A DNA stretch of 63,702 nt, counting the filler, from Octopus bimaculoides (lineage: Eukaryota), in the NCBI RefSeq assembly GCF_001194135.2. It is 5 parts of 5 records of this genome, joined end to end, with 100 filler letters (N's around TTAATTAATTAA, not from the genome) between each part and the next. Parts side by side here need not be neighbours in the genome. Positions count along the whole stretch, not along the records: positions 9,630 to 16,553 come from NC_068998.1; positions 16,654 to 35,765 come from NC_068993.1; 3 more parts are not named here. One strand, written 5' to 3'. Below, piece by piece: positions 13,170 to 25,435 of the stretch. The first letter of the stretch is position 1. Every line of letters begins with the position of its first letter. The position numbers were made by a program, and so were the translations under genes. The notes beneath the pieces are model-generated. The model searched no databases. It saw only the letters and a program-made list of their open reading frames with translations, and was not told the origin of the DNA.

Positions 13170-13900
13170 TTCATGAATCTACCTTCAGCTAGGTTAACTG
13201 CTTCAATGTGGAGCGGAAATTGCTTATCCATTTCGGACATCATGTGTACAATGCAGCCTTCAGTGAAATTACGGTATTGTGATGTTTCCATTAACCTCCC
13301 TTTCAGCAGTCATTGGGTTTTAAATCTGGCGAGTTTGGAGGTCACAAGCCTGGTGTTACATGATGTAAAGATAATTTGATAACCATTCTTGAGTTACATA
13401 GGCTTTGTGTGAAGGTGCTGAGTCTTGTTGAAACACATATGACTTACCCCTGCATGCTTCATCCAGGGCCTGACAATTGTCTCCAGTACCCCAACACATC
13501 TAATAATTCATATGCCACATGGAAAGATGTGAGGAGGAATGACATGACTTTTGTTACTCACCCTCCTATAAAGCTATCACAGTTGCTGAAAACTTTGGGG
13601 ACATCAGAAGGATCTGTACATAACTATCTTTCATTTCTCCTGTTTGACTTTTGATCTTTTAGTTTTGTTAAGTGACCGCTTGGCATGGATCAACCAGTTT
13701 TCTTGCATCTTTGAGGACATGACTTTCCTCTCTTCAGTAAATATTCATATATAGCCTGTCCGTGTGCATCATGGTCCTGATATTCTACTCTGACACAGGA
13801 AGTTCTTTGGCATTGAACTGATATTTTTTTTTAGATCATCGTGAGAGCTCATTTGATGAAGTGTGGTGTCCTTATACTGTTTGAACTTTTAGAATGATTT
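13170..13900 (-). mobile_element. Probable upstream part of the same RTE element, heavily decayed
   Basis: Same composition and orientation; separated from the RT piece by an AT-rich insert; no clean motif. Confidence 0.35.
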
Positions 13901-14469
13901 TTTTTGACACAGTTGAAACATAGCGGTCAGAGACTTTCAATTACACATTGTGCTTAAATATATTTTGCAGCATTTAGAAAGTTGGCATTTAATAAATCGC
14001 CGAGTCCCTCTCATATGGTAACAACGATTGCATGTCCTTCAATTTCCTGTATTAGTAAATCATGAGGATCTGAGAGTAATACTGATGATTATATGCATAT
14101 ATGTATATGTGCATGTGTGCATATATATATATATATATGAATATANNNNNNNNNNNNNNNNNNNNNNNNNNNNNNNNNNNNNNNNNNNNNNNNNNNNNNN
14201 NNNNNNNNNNNNNNNNNNNNNNNNNNNNNNNNNNNNNNNNNNNNNATATACTATTCCTTCTTTACTAAATGTAGTAGTTATAATTTATATTTATTTATTG
14301 TGTATTTATTGGTATGTTAATATTTTAGTGAGTTTAAGGATCTAATATTATAATGACACAATGATTTTTATAAATAATATACATATTTTAATTAATTAGC
14401 TTAATAATAGCATTTTAGCTTATTTCATATATATTATTTAACTTATGTTTCTTAGTGTTGTTATCTAGA

Positions 14470-15700
14470 ATCTATAATTATTCTTGAAAATCTGTAACTA
14501 CTTAGACGTTCAATAAAATGTTTACAATATAGATAATTGTTTTATTATGATTTAAGTTATATAAAGTTTAATGTTTCATTCATGATTTTATAAATAACTG
14601 TCATGTTTTTATATTTCTTTATTCTATTCTTTTTCTTTCGCAATATCTTCACCCGATTTCTTTCTAATAAACGCCTTAGTTCTGAGTTTAACGTCTAAAA
14701 TGTTTAGTTTAAACTATAACATCATTGAGATAAGTATTACTTCTATCTTTATTCATATTGTTAAATGATTTTTTATCATTGTTTGAAAAATATGTATTTT
14801 TATATTAATTCAATTAATTTTTAATGATAATGTTAGTCGATACCTTTTTTAACACTAAGTTGATAGTATTAAGTTTATCATCTTAGCTTAAACTAAGACT
14901 TCGATTAGATTAGGGTTAAATTGTTTCCAATAATACTGTTTAATATTTCTTTTTGATTTATTGGATAAATAAGCAGTTTTTTAAAATATAAATTCTTTGA
15001 TTATTAGTTTATATTCTAATTAAGATAAGTCAATAGTACAACATTTATAATTTTATTTAAACTATAGTTTCGATTAGATAAATTTTGTATTTATTTTCAA
15101 TAATTTTGTTAAATGTTTCTTCCTTTATTTAATGGTGTTATAATTGCTTTTGTATACCAATTTATATAAATTAATTTTTTGTTAGTTTATACTATACGAT
15201 TATAATTTTAGTTTAACCTAAAACTTCGTTTAAATTGTATTTTAAACAAAATATTCGTTAAGATAAGATTTGCATATAATATTTCTGTTAGTCTATATTG
15301 TTTCTTAGTCTTATTCTTTTGAATCTATAATTACTTAGATTTTAACGTTCAATAAAATGTTTACAATATAGTTAATTGTTTTATTATGATTTAAGTTATA
15401 TAAAGTTTAATCCTTCATCTATAATAAAACTTTCTTTCATGTTTTTATATCTCTTTATTCTATTCTCTTTCTTTCCGCAATATCTTCACCCGACTTATTT
15501 CTAATAAACGTTTTACTTCTGAGTTTAACGTCTAAAATGTTTAGTTTAAACACTAGCATCGTTGAGATAAGTATTACTTCTATCTTTATTAATTTAACCT
15601 AAAAATTCGTTTAAACTGTATTTTAAACGAAAAATTCGTTAAGACTAGTTTTGCATATAATATTTCTGTTAGTTTATATTATAATAAACGTAAAGTTAAT
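14470..15700. repeat. Extremely AT-rich degenerate ~170-185-bp tandem repeat with secondary duplications
   Basis: TTAAAC-N6-TTCG.TTAGAT-like motif at 14709, 14888, 15057 and 15242; ~14500-14752 is duplicated at ~15343-15592 and ~15212-15298 at ~15593-15680. Confidence 0.7.
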
Positions 15701-16087
15701 TATGGCACGTTTATAATTTTTGATATTTTTAATAATATTTTTCTGTCTTATTATAATAAGTATTTTTATATACATCCATTTGTTATTTATTGTTGGTTGA
15801 TATATACATTCTTTTATTATTATTATTGTTGCATTTTGACCAGAAGATTAGCTATATTTTTGAATAGAATTGATTTTCGATCGTTTTAATCGATTTGAAT
15901 ATTTTTTTATTTTCTATTTGCAAATTTTGTTATGAAACACGTGTAGTCGTTTTATTATAATTATCTTATGATATTTACTTTGTATTATATTATATTTATT
16001 AATTTTTCTATATGTGACTGTGGATTTTCATGGATAAGTTCATGAACTTTGGTTCTTTTCTCTAAAACTATATATTTATATATATAT

Positions 16088-16174
<87 letters not shown>

Positions 16175-16363
16175 CATATATTGATAGAAAGGAAGATGGA
16201 TAGATAATAAATTGATTGATAGGTGGATAGATTGATAGAAAGAGTGGTAAATAGATAAATTATTTTTGTTGGTAGTTAATTTCTAATATATATATATGTA
16301 TATATATATATGTATATGTATATATATGTGTATATATATGTATGTATACATATATGTATTATG

Positions 16364-16518
16364 TGGCTGTGTGGTAAGTTGTTTGCTTACCAACCACATG
16401 GTTCCGAGTTCAGTCCCACTGCGTGGCACCTTGGGCATGTCTTCTACTATAGCCTCGGGCCGACCAAAGCCTTATGAGTGGATTTAGTAGACGGAAACTG
16501 AAAGCAGCCCGTCGTATA
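16364..16518 (+). mobile_element. tRNA-derived SINE family A, 5' half
   Basis: ggctgtgtggtaag...gttccgagttcagtcccactgcgtggcaccttgggc...; at least 13 copies or fragments in the window. Confidence 0.85.
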
Positions 16519-16522
16519 TAGG

Positions 16523-16553
<31 letters not shown>

Positions 16554-16653
16554 NNNNNNNNNNNNNNNNNNNNNNNNNNNNNNNNNNNNNNNNNNNNTTA
16601 ATTAATTAANNNNNNNNNNNNNNNNNNNNNNNNNNNNNNNNNNNNNNNNNNNN
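16554..16653. other. Artificial scaffold join
   Basis: 44N + TTAATTAATTAA + 44N. Confidence 0.9.
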
Positions 16654-17448
16654 TACAAGCATCGCCCCCGACGTCGCCAGCAGCAATACGACTCTACGTA
16701 CTACCAGCATCGCCAACATCGTCAACATGACTTCTACACGTACACAAGCAACCAACATCAACAAGTGTGGTTTTATCTCGATCCTGTTAGAGGGGATGTT
16801 TCCACTCATGATCAACAGACCAGAACTAACCAGCCAGAATATTCCGTACCAGGTAACACAGGTCCCAGCATCCGATGCTCAACTACAGCTCTGCTCCTTG
16901 ACTGCAACTTCCTGCGTATGAACATTCTAAATCTCCTTGTGTAACTTTTATAGAATATTCCGTACCAGGTAACACAGGTCCCAGCATCCGACGCTCAACT
17001 ACAGCTCTACTCCTTGACCGCAACTTCTTGTGTATGGACATTCTATCTCCTTGTGGAATTTTAATACCAACTGGTTTTCTCTATCTCAGTGTTTTAAGAC
17101 TTTTCACAGTCTATATTACAGACACTTTTACTATGTTCTGTGTTTTCTCTCACACACACACACTTGTGCACTCATATATTTTCTTTCCTTTCAGAAAAAA
17201 CAAAAAAAATCAGACTTTTACATCGCGTGATTCCAGTTTCCTGGACAGTTGTCATCATGGTTGTTTTGTCATTGTCAATTCATTTGTACATTGCATGCAT
17301 GTATCTCACAAGTGTACATTCATTTCTTTGATTTTTCTTTGTGTGTGTTTGTGCCACATCTTGTGGGTGTTTTTTTTGGTAGCCATCTTGCCTCAGGCAT
17401 CCCTCCAAATTTTCTATTTTCGTGCTTTCGGCACTCGCGGGGGAGCCA
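16654..17448 (+). mobile_element. 3' internal region of an LTR retrotransposon (Gypsy-like) with PPT
   Basis: Purine tract cgcgggggagcca directly before TG of the LTR; 116-bp tandem duplication (16836-16951 / 16952-17065). Confidence 0.6.
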
Positions 17449-17874
17449 TGTAGTGACGCCTTTGATAGCAGACGACATTTCTGGAAAGCTTATCCACGCA
17501 TGCGCAGGGACTAGTTCTGGAAGGAACACAGGAAGAGTCTCATGCACATGCGTAGTCATCGATATCCAAGCTTCGCGCCCTTATTCATTCTCTTTCTCGC
17601 TGGCCGGCGAAGAGCCAAGACGTTGTAGCAGTCTCTCTCCAACATTCCAACTCTGGAGACAGCTCTCTCCAGCATTCCAACTCTGGAGTTAGACAAATAA
17701 CCACTCAACATCATTGATGGCGTCTCAGCAATCAAAGGGCAAAGTGCTGCCTATTTCCTCTGTAAATAAATATTGTTGTGTTGATAGTTCAGAATCTGCG
17801 TTCCATTGTTTCTTCAAGAAATTTAATGTACGGAAGCGGGTATACACCTAATGGTGTATAACCACTTCCCTACA
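17449..17874 (+). mobile_element. 3' LTR (426 bp)
   Basis: Starts TGTAG and ends CTACA; AATAAA at about 17765; internal ~30-bp duplication; preceded by PPT. Confidence 0.7.
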
Positions 17875-18119
17875 AACTCTTATATTTTCCCATTGTAAAC
17901 TTCATATATTTCCTTAGGCATTGATTGTCTGGATCTCTGTGAACTTTGACATCTGTACACTTACATGTTAAAGATATATAACATACATTCAGCAGTCAAG
18001 ATGAGTGCTTAGATAAAGATGTGGAAATATATGTATCAAGATGGCAATATTTTATCATTGTTTTAGGGATCGATATTCTTCTTTAAAGATATGCATATAA
18101 TATTACATAAGTATTCAGT

Positions 18120-18332
18120 AGCAAGCTGGCAGAATCATTAGCACATTGGGCAAAATACTTAGCAAGATTTCATCTATCTCTATGTTCTGAGTTCAAATTC
18201 TGCTGAGGTCGACTTTACTTTACATCCTTTTTGGGCTCGATAAGATAAGTAACAGCTGAGCACTGAGATCAATGTAATCGACTTACTCCCTCCTCCAAAA
18301 TTGCTGGCCTTGTGCCAAAATTTGAACCAATA
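18120..18332 (+). mobile_element. SINE-like family E
   Basis: gctggcagaatc...ctgagttcaaattc...gaggtcgacttt...ggccttgtgccaaaatttgaa; same family at 22750, 31150, 41883 and 43563. Confidence 0.75.
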
Positions 18333-18339
18333 TTACTCA

Positions 18340-18750
18340 ATCCTTTTTGACAAGAAGGAATATTACTCATCAATGTGTTTGAAAGGAGCAATGTAAAGGA
18401 AACAGTATGAAGTATGGGCAAACAAAACTTGAATGTTGCACTTTGGCAATGTACCTCTTCATGTGCCACTCTTCATCCAAGATTTTTATAGCAAAGTACA
18501 TGACAGCTCTCATTCTCTAGCTACCCTAATTTTCTAATATAGCTCCCATAAACATTTTTTCATGCTCCTGAAGTTGAAATCCATCATGAGAGGCTGCTAA
18601 TTTCAGATAATAGAAGTGATTGAAGAAAATATACTATGACAATTGTGTGCTACCACTGAAAACACATTCCAGGACACATTTCAAAACTGGAGAAAACATT
18701 AGGAATAGTGTATGAACAGTATAAGGGAAATAGTTTGAAGAAAAGAAGCA
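18340..18750 (+). mobile_element. Decayed mariner transposase C-terminal fragment
   Basis: MLHFGNVPLH (LHHDNAPAH-like), FSNIAP..F (YSPDLAP.DF-like), FQNWRK..E.C. Confidence 0.6.
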
Positions 18751-19288
18751 AAAAGATTCTCTGCTTTTACAATGTTCAGTTTTTATGTTAATTTTAACAG
18801 ACCCACCTCATAGTTGTGTAGAATATACAACGGTAGTTTGGGCATAACACATCTGTTTTGATACCCAACCTTATCTAATGTGACTGAACATTTTTAGATA
18901 GACTGTAGCAAAGACAAGATAGAGAATAATTTTGTTCAATTCATGTTGTGACAGTCTGAATTCATTAGAATTTATTACACATGGTTGGTTGATAAACAAA
19001 TTTTGAGTTTATATCTGTTGGGGTTTCACAGCTTTAATCAACAATCTCTGTAATCAAGGCCTGCTCAAGCAGGACAGACTAAAGCTATTTAATAACAATT
19101 AATACTTGTTTTATTAACCAAAACAGTAAGTTGACCAATGTTAACTTTAAACATAAAGCAATGCTCATCAATTAAACAGTTTAATTTGATGCTCTACTAT
19201 CAGGTTTGATCAAACCTGATGATTTACTTATTTCTAGATTTCACTGAACTAAGAACTAAGCCAGAGTGCAAGCAGTACCAGTGCTTAA

Positions 19289-19879
19289 CCCTTTAGCATT
19301 CACATTACTCTGTCAACCACTGAGCCATGCGCCTTGTAAAGGTGCATTGCTCAGTGGTTAGAGCGCCGAACTTATGATCGTGAGGTTGTGAGTTCAATTC
19401 CCGGACTGGGCTGTGTGTTGTGTTCTTGAGCAAGACACTTTATTTCATGTTGCTCCAGTTCACTCAGCTGTAGAAATGAGTTGTGGCATCACTGGTGCCA
19501 AGCTGTATAGGCCCTTGCCTTTTCCTTGGATAACATCGTTGGTGTGGAGAGAGGAGGGTGGTATGCATAGGTGACTGCTGGTTTTCCATAAACAACCTTG
19601 CCCGGACTTGTGCCTTGGAGGGTAACTTTCTAGGTACAATCCCATGGTCATTCGTGACCGAAGGGGTTCTCTGGCTCTGTCAAATGTAATTCTTATTTAT
19701 TCACATTATTTTGAATTAATAATCGTGTATTATCTTGTAGCTTTGAGATTTTAATGATGTGATTGCTTATTTTTAGAATGACATTGTGAGGTACATGTGA
19801 GAGGCTGGATCTAACCAGTTTGAACATAAAATAGGTAGAATATTTTGGCCTGATCTGGCCGTTTTAAATGCTAAATGGG
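19289..19879. mobile_element. piggyBac-type MITE interrupted by a SINE
   Basis: TTAA|CCCTTTAGCATT ... AATGCTAAATGGG; body matches the copies at 22030 and 32946. Confidence 0.8.
19317..19674 (+). mobile_element. tRNA-derived SINE family B with 9-bp TSD and inverted 5' duplication
   Basis: TSD ctctgtcaa at 19308-19316 and 19675-19683; A box (ttgctcagtgg) and B box (gttcaattcc). Confidence 0.85.
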
Positions 19880-20045
19880 TAAAACAAAAGTGATTTGGCA
19901 GTTCTATTGTGCAATCATGTAACAATGAAACTCTATTAAGAAGTTGTTAAATCACAATAAAATAGTGGTAACTTGTTTTTAGTTCATCTCCAAAAACAAA
20001 AAACAAAAACAAACAAAACTGAGATATTTGAAATATTTTACCTAC

Positions 20046-20132
20046 ATTAATTAATTCTTTTGGTTTGTACCACTTTTCAAATAGATGAGAAAGTCCTTCT
20101 TCAGGATGTTTTATAATACAACACAGTCCATC
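20046..20132 (-). CDS. DNAI7: DNAI7/CASC1-like internal exon E (87 nt, phase 0-0)
   Basis: Acceptor ttccactcatgatag, donor AAT|gtaggt. Reads DGLCCIIKHPEEGLSHLFEKWYKPKELIN, similar to CASC1 ENLCML...ISILEGTWMTP. Confidence 0.85.
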
Positions 20133-20226
20133 CTATCATGAGTGGAAAACAACACAAATTACAACTGAAAACTAATACAGTTCAAGAATAACAACAAAAA
20201 CTGCAACAGCAACAATAACAACAACC

Positions 20227-20258
<32 letters not shown>

Positions 20259-20779
20259 CTCAGCTGGCACCACCACCACCACCACCACCACTTCTTCTAA
20301 TGCATCTAAATTCTATTGTTAAAGAGTTCATTCTTTGATACCTTGCAGCAGCTTTTACTGGAGTACTGCATAGTTGTTATGTAGAAATACTCTATATACG
20401 TGTTGTTGTTTGTTTAATGTTAGAAACACTCTCTACTCTGTTAGTCATTATATAGTGCTGTAAACAGTTGTAACTGCAACTGGTCATATAGTTTCTATAC
20501 AATTATTCTACCTACTCAATGAAAAAAAAAAAAAAAAAAAAAAAAAATAACCTTGGTTCCTTACACCATATACAAAAGGGACAGCCACAGCAAAAATACT
20601 GACAACTTGTAAGGGGGATACTTATAGTTAAAGAAACTGACAAAACCTTTCTAATATTTATTTTACTTATATTTAAGAATAAACAACAAAGTGAACTGAT
20701 GCATAGTTTGATCTCAAAATAATGTGTGACTGTCTCCTGTTCTAACACATGCTATGATGTTGATGTCTTCCATAAGATA

Positions 20780-21175
20780 GGCGTAGGCAAGGCTCTGTGG
20801 TAAGAAGTTTGCTTTCCAACCACATAGTTCCTGGTTCACTCCCATTGCATGGCACCTTGGGCAAGTGTCTTCTACTATAGCCTCGCGCCAACCAAAGCCT
20901 TCTGTATGGATTTGGTAGACAGAAACTGAAAGCAACTCATAATGTGTGTGTGTGTGTGTGTTTCTGTGTTTATCCCCCGCCACTGCTTCACAGTCAATGT
21001 TGGTGTGTTTATGCCCTCGAAACTTAGCAGTTCAGCAAAAGAGACTGATAGAATAAGTACCAGGCTTAAAAGAAAAATAAGTACTGGGGTTGATTAGTTT
21101 GACTAAAATTCCTCAAGGTGGTGCCCCAGCATGGCCACAGTCTAATGACTGAAGTAAAAGATAAAAGATAAAGAT
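20780..21175 (+). mobile_element. SINE family A, full length
   Basis: tRNA-like head, central (TG)n, tail ccagcatggccacag...tgactgaa. Confidence 0.85.
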
Positions 21176-22029
21176 GAAAGAAGTGCAATGTCTCAGAATT
21201 ATACAGAAGGAGAATTTATATCTTTAGATGTTTAGCTCAAAGTAAAATGAAATGACAACAAAACAAGATTTAAAGCCAAGGGTGAACTGAATTTGCTGGG
21301 AGTTTATATTTACTCTACAACACTTGTTTTCTCCTATTTTTGGTAGTCATTTCTCACTTTAAAAGAAAGCTACAAATGTAGGTAAGGAGTAAAGTTAGTT
21401 GAATCAGCTGCAGTCAATATCGAATGAAGTAGTTTGGTCATATGACATGACACAATGGTACTCTACTTCTAGCAGATGAGTTCTTGCCTGGACACTGGTA
21501 CTGGAAAACCGACAAAAGGTGTTGTTGGGTAATATCAAACACTGAACAGAGAGGAGGGTGGTGGAGATCTTGAAGTTTGCTGATGTCTAGGTAAAATGAC
21601 AGGAGGAGGTTACATCTTTCTCTCTATACACTGAGTGCCTCTCTAAACTTTGGTAGATTGAAATGTCCAATATAATCCATTATGTACTACAGAAGCAATA
21701 TTAGATTAAAATAGCTACTATAGAAGCAGTATTAGATTAAAATAGCTACCTGTGTATCATACTGAATTCAAAAACATCACAGGAAGCCATATTAACTGTA
21801 GTATTCATTTGGAGACATTATCTCTCATGGACACACTGTTAAGTGAGATAAATATATCTGTAGCAGACGAAAATTGTTATGAAAGTGATGATAGATTTTA
21901 TTTTAGCATATATTTGCTAAGGAGTATGAACTGCTAATAAAACCCAGAAAGGCAGAAATGTGCATCTAGCATTCTCACCACCATTGTTGGACAATTTTTG
22001 CCAGCTACAGACATACTTGTGTTATTTAA

Positions 22030-22247
22030 CCCTTTAACATTCAGATTACTCTGTCAATTGTAATGCTTATTTATTCACATTGTCTTGAATTAATCATGCA
22101 TTATCTCATACCTTTAAGATTTCAATGATGATTGTTTATTTTTAGAATGGCATTGATGGGTAGCTGTGAGAGATGAGGTCTGGCCAGTTTGATCACAAAA
22201 CAGTCAGAATATTTGGGTTGGACATGGCCAGTTTAAATGCTAAAGGG
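22030..22247. mobile_element. piggyBac-type MITE (~220 bp)
   Basis: TTAA|CCCTTTAACATT ... AATGCTAAAGGG|TTGA. Confidence 0.8.
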
Positions 22248-22749
22248 TTGACACTGTATGCTAGGAGATACTATCACCAGACAAATACAGCAGTTAATTT
22301 GTTTTTTGTGATGTAACTGCGTCAAGTATGATTATACAAAGGCAGTTTAATACATATTTTATAAACCCTGAAAGGAAAACAGATGAAGTTAACACTGTCA
22401 AGATTTAAATTCAGAGCATTAAAAAATGAAACTAAAAGCTCTGAAGCCAATTAGTCCTACACTCCATTCTATCTTTTCACTTGTCACCTTTCTAACTTAT
22501 ATGTTGATTTTTTTATGACAACACATTGTCAGTATTTGTAGATTTTAGTAAAACAGTGTATTATTGGAACTTGTTTTATCATCAAGTATAGCTAGCATTA
22601 TTTTATTCTTTTACTAGTTCCGACCATTTAATTGATATATAATATAGATTCATACCAATATATGTTAGAAATAAAATTTCCCAAAACCAAAACAAAAAAC
22701 CAGAACAAAATACTGTTAACAAGATTTGAACCATTAACTAAGATTGTTT

Positions 22750-22975
22750 TAATATTGATTTCAAATTTTGGTGTGAGGCCAGCAATTTTGGGGCAGTAGG
22801 TAAGTCAATTACATTGAGCCCAGCACTCAACTGGTATTTATTTTATCGACCCCAAAAGGATGAAAGGCAAAGCTGACCTTGGCAGAATTTGAACTCAAAA
22901 CATGAAGATGGACGAAATGCTGCAAAGTATTTTAGCCAGTTTGCTAATGATTCTGGCAGCTCATTGCCTTAACAT
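22750..22975 (-). mobile_element. SINE-like family E
   Basis: Reverse complement of the 18120-18332 family. Confidence 0.7.
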
Positions 22976-23058
22976 TGTTATAATATTGATTGTTATCAAT
23001 TAATTAAATATCAATTATGAGAGTTCAAATTTATTTTTTAATTGTTTTTAAGCCTCAC

Positions 23059-23225
23059 CTTGATTTCAATGACAACTTCCAGTACAGCAGCAGTAATGGT
23101 GAAAACTGCCCAGTTGGTAGTCCTTGGCCTTATCTCCCAAGATTGAAATGGCATGTTAATATAAGAATCTTGTATCAAGGCAAATTTTCCAAATGAATTT
23201 GTTTTAAACTGAACACTTTTGGTTT
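23059..23225 (-). CDS. DNAI7: DNAI7/CASC1-like internal exon D (167 nt, phase 1-0)
   Basis: Acceptor attttgacag, donor AAG|gtgagg. Reads TKSVQFKTNSFGKFALIQDSYINMPFQSWEIRPRTTNWAVFTITAAVLEVVIEIK, containing the CASC1 motif LIQD.HINMPYQSWELRP. Confidence 0.93.
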
Positions 23226-23250
23226 CTGTCAAAATCATAAAATTAAGATA

Positions 23251-23480
23251 CATCATCATCATCATCATCGCCACCGCCGCCACCACCACTACCACCACCA
23301 CCACCACTATCATCATCATCATTTGACATCCATTTTCCATACTGGCATCAGTTGGACAGTTTGGCAGGTGCTAGCAAGACCAGGAGCTACACCAGGTTAC
23401 ACAATCTGTTTTGGCATGGTTTCTACAGCAGGTTGCCCTTCTTAACATCAGCCACTGGGTGCTTTTTATGTGGCACCACA
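23251..23480 (-). mobile_element. RTE-type LINE 3' end with (GAT)n tail
   Basis: ggtttctacagcaggttgcccttcttaacatcagcc motif with a (CAT/CAC)n tail; related piece near 24020-24130. Confidence 0.5.
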
Positions 23481-23511
23481 CACACACACACACACACACA
23501 AGTAAGTAGTA

Positions 23512-23830
23512 GACCCCTTTGGTCATGAATAACCATGGGATTGCCCCTAGAAAGTTCCCCTCCAAGGTACAAGATTGTTTATGGAAGACCATCAGTCGCC
23601 CATGCATACCAGCCTACCTTCTCCGGGCCACTAATGTTATCCAAGAGAAAGGCAAAGGCCAATACAGCTTGGTACCAGTGACATTACAACTCATTTCTAC
23701 AGCTGAATGAACTGGAGCAATGTGAAGTAAAATGTCTTGCTCAAAAACACAACACAGTCCAGTCCAGGAATTGAACTCAATGCCTCATGACTGTGAGCCC
23801 AATACTCTAACTACTGAGCCATGCACCTTC
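23512..23830 (-). mobile_element. SINE family B
   Basis: Reverse complement of the 19340-19674 element. Confidence 0.85.
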
Positions 23831-23972
23831 ACACGCACACACATATATTATAAGTATGTTTGGTTTATAAATGTGTGAATGGTGATATGTAAAATAGAGT
23901 GTATGTGTGTATATACATATATATGTGTCTATATATAAATATATTTAATGTGCATGTGTGTGTGTGTGTGTG

Positions 23973-24013
<41 letters not shown>

Positions 24014-24458
24014 CTGTGTGTCATCATCAACGTTTTAACATCTACATTTTCATGCTTGCATGGATCAAACGAAATTTGTCGAGACAGATTTTTTGGGGGC
24101 AGTAGAATAGCCTTTTTGTTGCCAACCCTCACAATTAAGACAATATTTCCCCTAAGCTTTTGAATATTAAGCACAATGGTTGGACCTGGTTTCATGGAAT
24201 ATTACAAATAAATGACATCACTTGTATGACAGTGATACTTATTTACAACCAGCCTGTGATTTCAAGATAGGGTAACATTCAAATACACATACACTCACAC
24301 ACACAAACATACACACATAAATACGTACATACACATACATTCTTATGCATATGTACTCTTGTTCACTCAAAATTATTACAGAAGGGTTTAATGTTTGATA
24401 AGTGCTTTAGCACAAAACTGTTGTACCTTGAGTTACGGCAGTAGTAATATCTTAGGAA

Positions 24459-24529
<71 letters not shown>

Positions 24530-24599
24530 TAATAGTGGAACGCAAAGCAGTCAAACAAAGCTACATGAAGAAGATATCCTTAATGCAGCAAATTTGCTA

Positions 24600-24995
24600 C
24601 TGGGAAAGCATCAAGAAGTTAAGCCTTTACTCGCTGGAATGAAGGCAGGAAAGATATTCTGCAATATAAATCAGAAAGATCCTGGAAGGACTAGTCAGTA
24701 CCTAAAATCCCTCCCCTGCTATCAAAATACAGGGCCAGATACTACATTGGCTTGGGACTCTTTAGTATATGGATGTGGATGTAGTTATCTTCAGAACTAA
24801 ATTGGATCTCCTACTATCAAAAGTGCTAGATGAGCCAACTTCATGGCAGGAAGGGGAAATGCAGGCAGCAACATCAAACTCCCTCATTCACCAAATGCCA
24901 ACTATTAAAGGAGGATTAATGAAGATGTAGCAACACCAGTTGGTGGCACTCCAGCATTGCCACAGCTCTCAAGCTGAAACTAATAAAAGAGTAAA
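24600..24995 (+). mobile_element. CR1/L2-like LINE 3' end, second copy
   Basis: Shares gatga(a/g)cc.ac...acatcaaactccct.attcaccaaatgcca...gctgaaactaataaaa with 9770-10070. Confidence 0.7.
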
Positions 24996-25249
24996 ACATA
25001 TATGTATGTATGTACAGATATGAATGTGCATATAAGCATAACTCTCTCACACACACATAGAAGAATCTGACTAGTTGGTATAATTCTAAACTTTCAGGAA
25101 ACTAATGAGTAGTTTTATGCATTTGTTCAACCTCAGGTAACAATACAATGTGTAACACAATTTTTATCCTTGGGTAGCAACTGTTATTTCCTGTTTACTT
25201 ACCCCTGTAAAGTATTAAAAAATGGCTAATATTTCCTTCAATTACATTT

Positions 25250-25435
25250 ATTCAAACCCCAAAGAATCTTTCTCAACACATGGCTATGATGCTCCACCAC
25301 TGTTCCTGTTCATCATCAGAGATGTACATATTGTCAGCCACTAAAGGACATGCTCAAGTGGCTAAGATCAAATCTATGGTATTGAGCAGAGTTTTTACTA
25401 TAATGGTATTAAGCAGAATATTTGCTATAATGATA
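25250..25435 (+). repeat. Interspersed repeat family F
   Basis: tctcaacacatggctatgatgctc...cagagatg...cagccactaa.ggacatgctcaa; second copy at 42185-42360. Confidence 0.75.

Noticed and set aside
14246-15700. Mitochondrial insertion (NUMT)
   Set aside because: AT content fits, but I recognise no mitochondrial protein, rRNA or tRNA motif, and the internal periodicity points to a satellite-like origin.
21420-21940. Extra DNAI7 exon between exons D and E
   Set aside because: Not needed, since D and E join in phase and are collinear with the known protein; no matching motif or splice pair.
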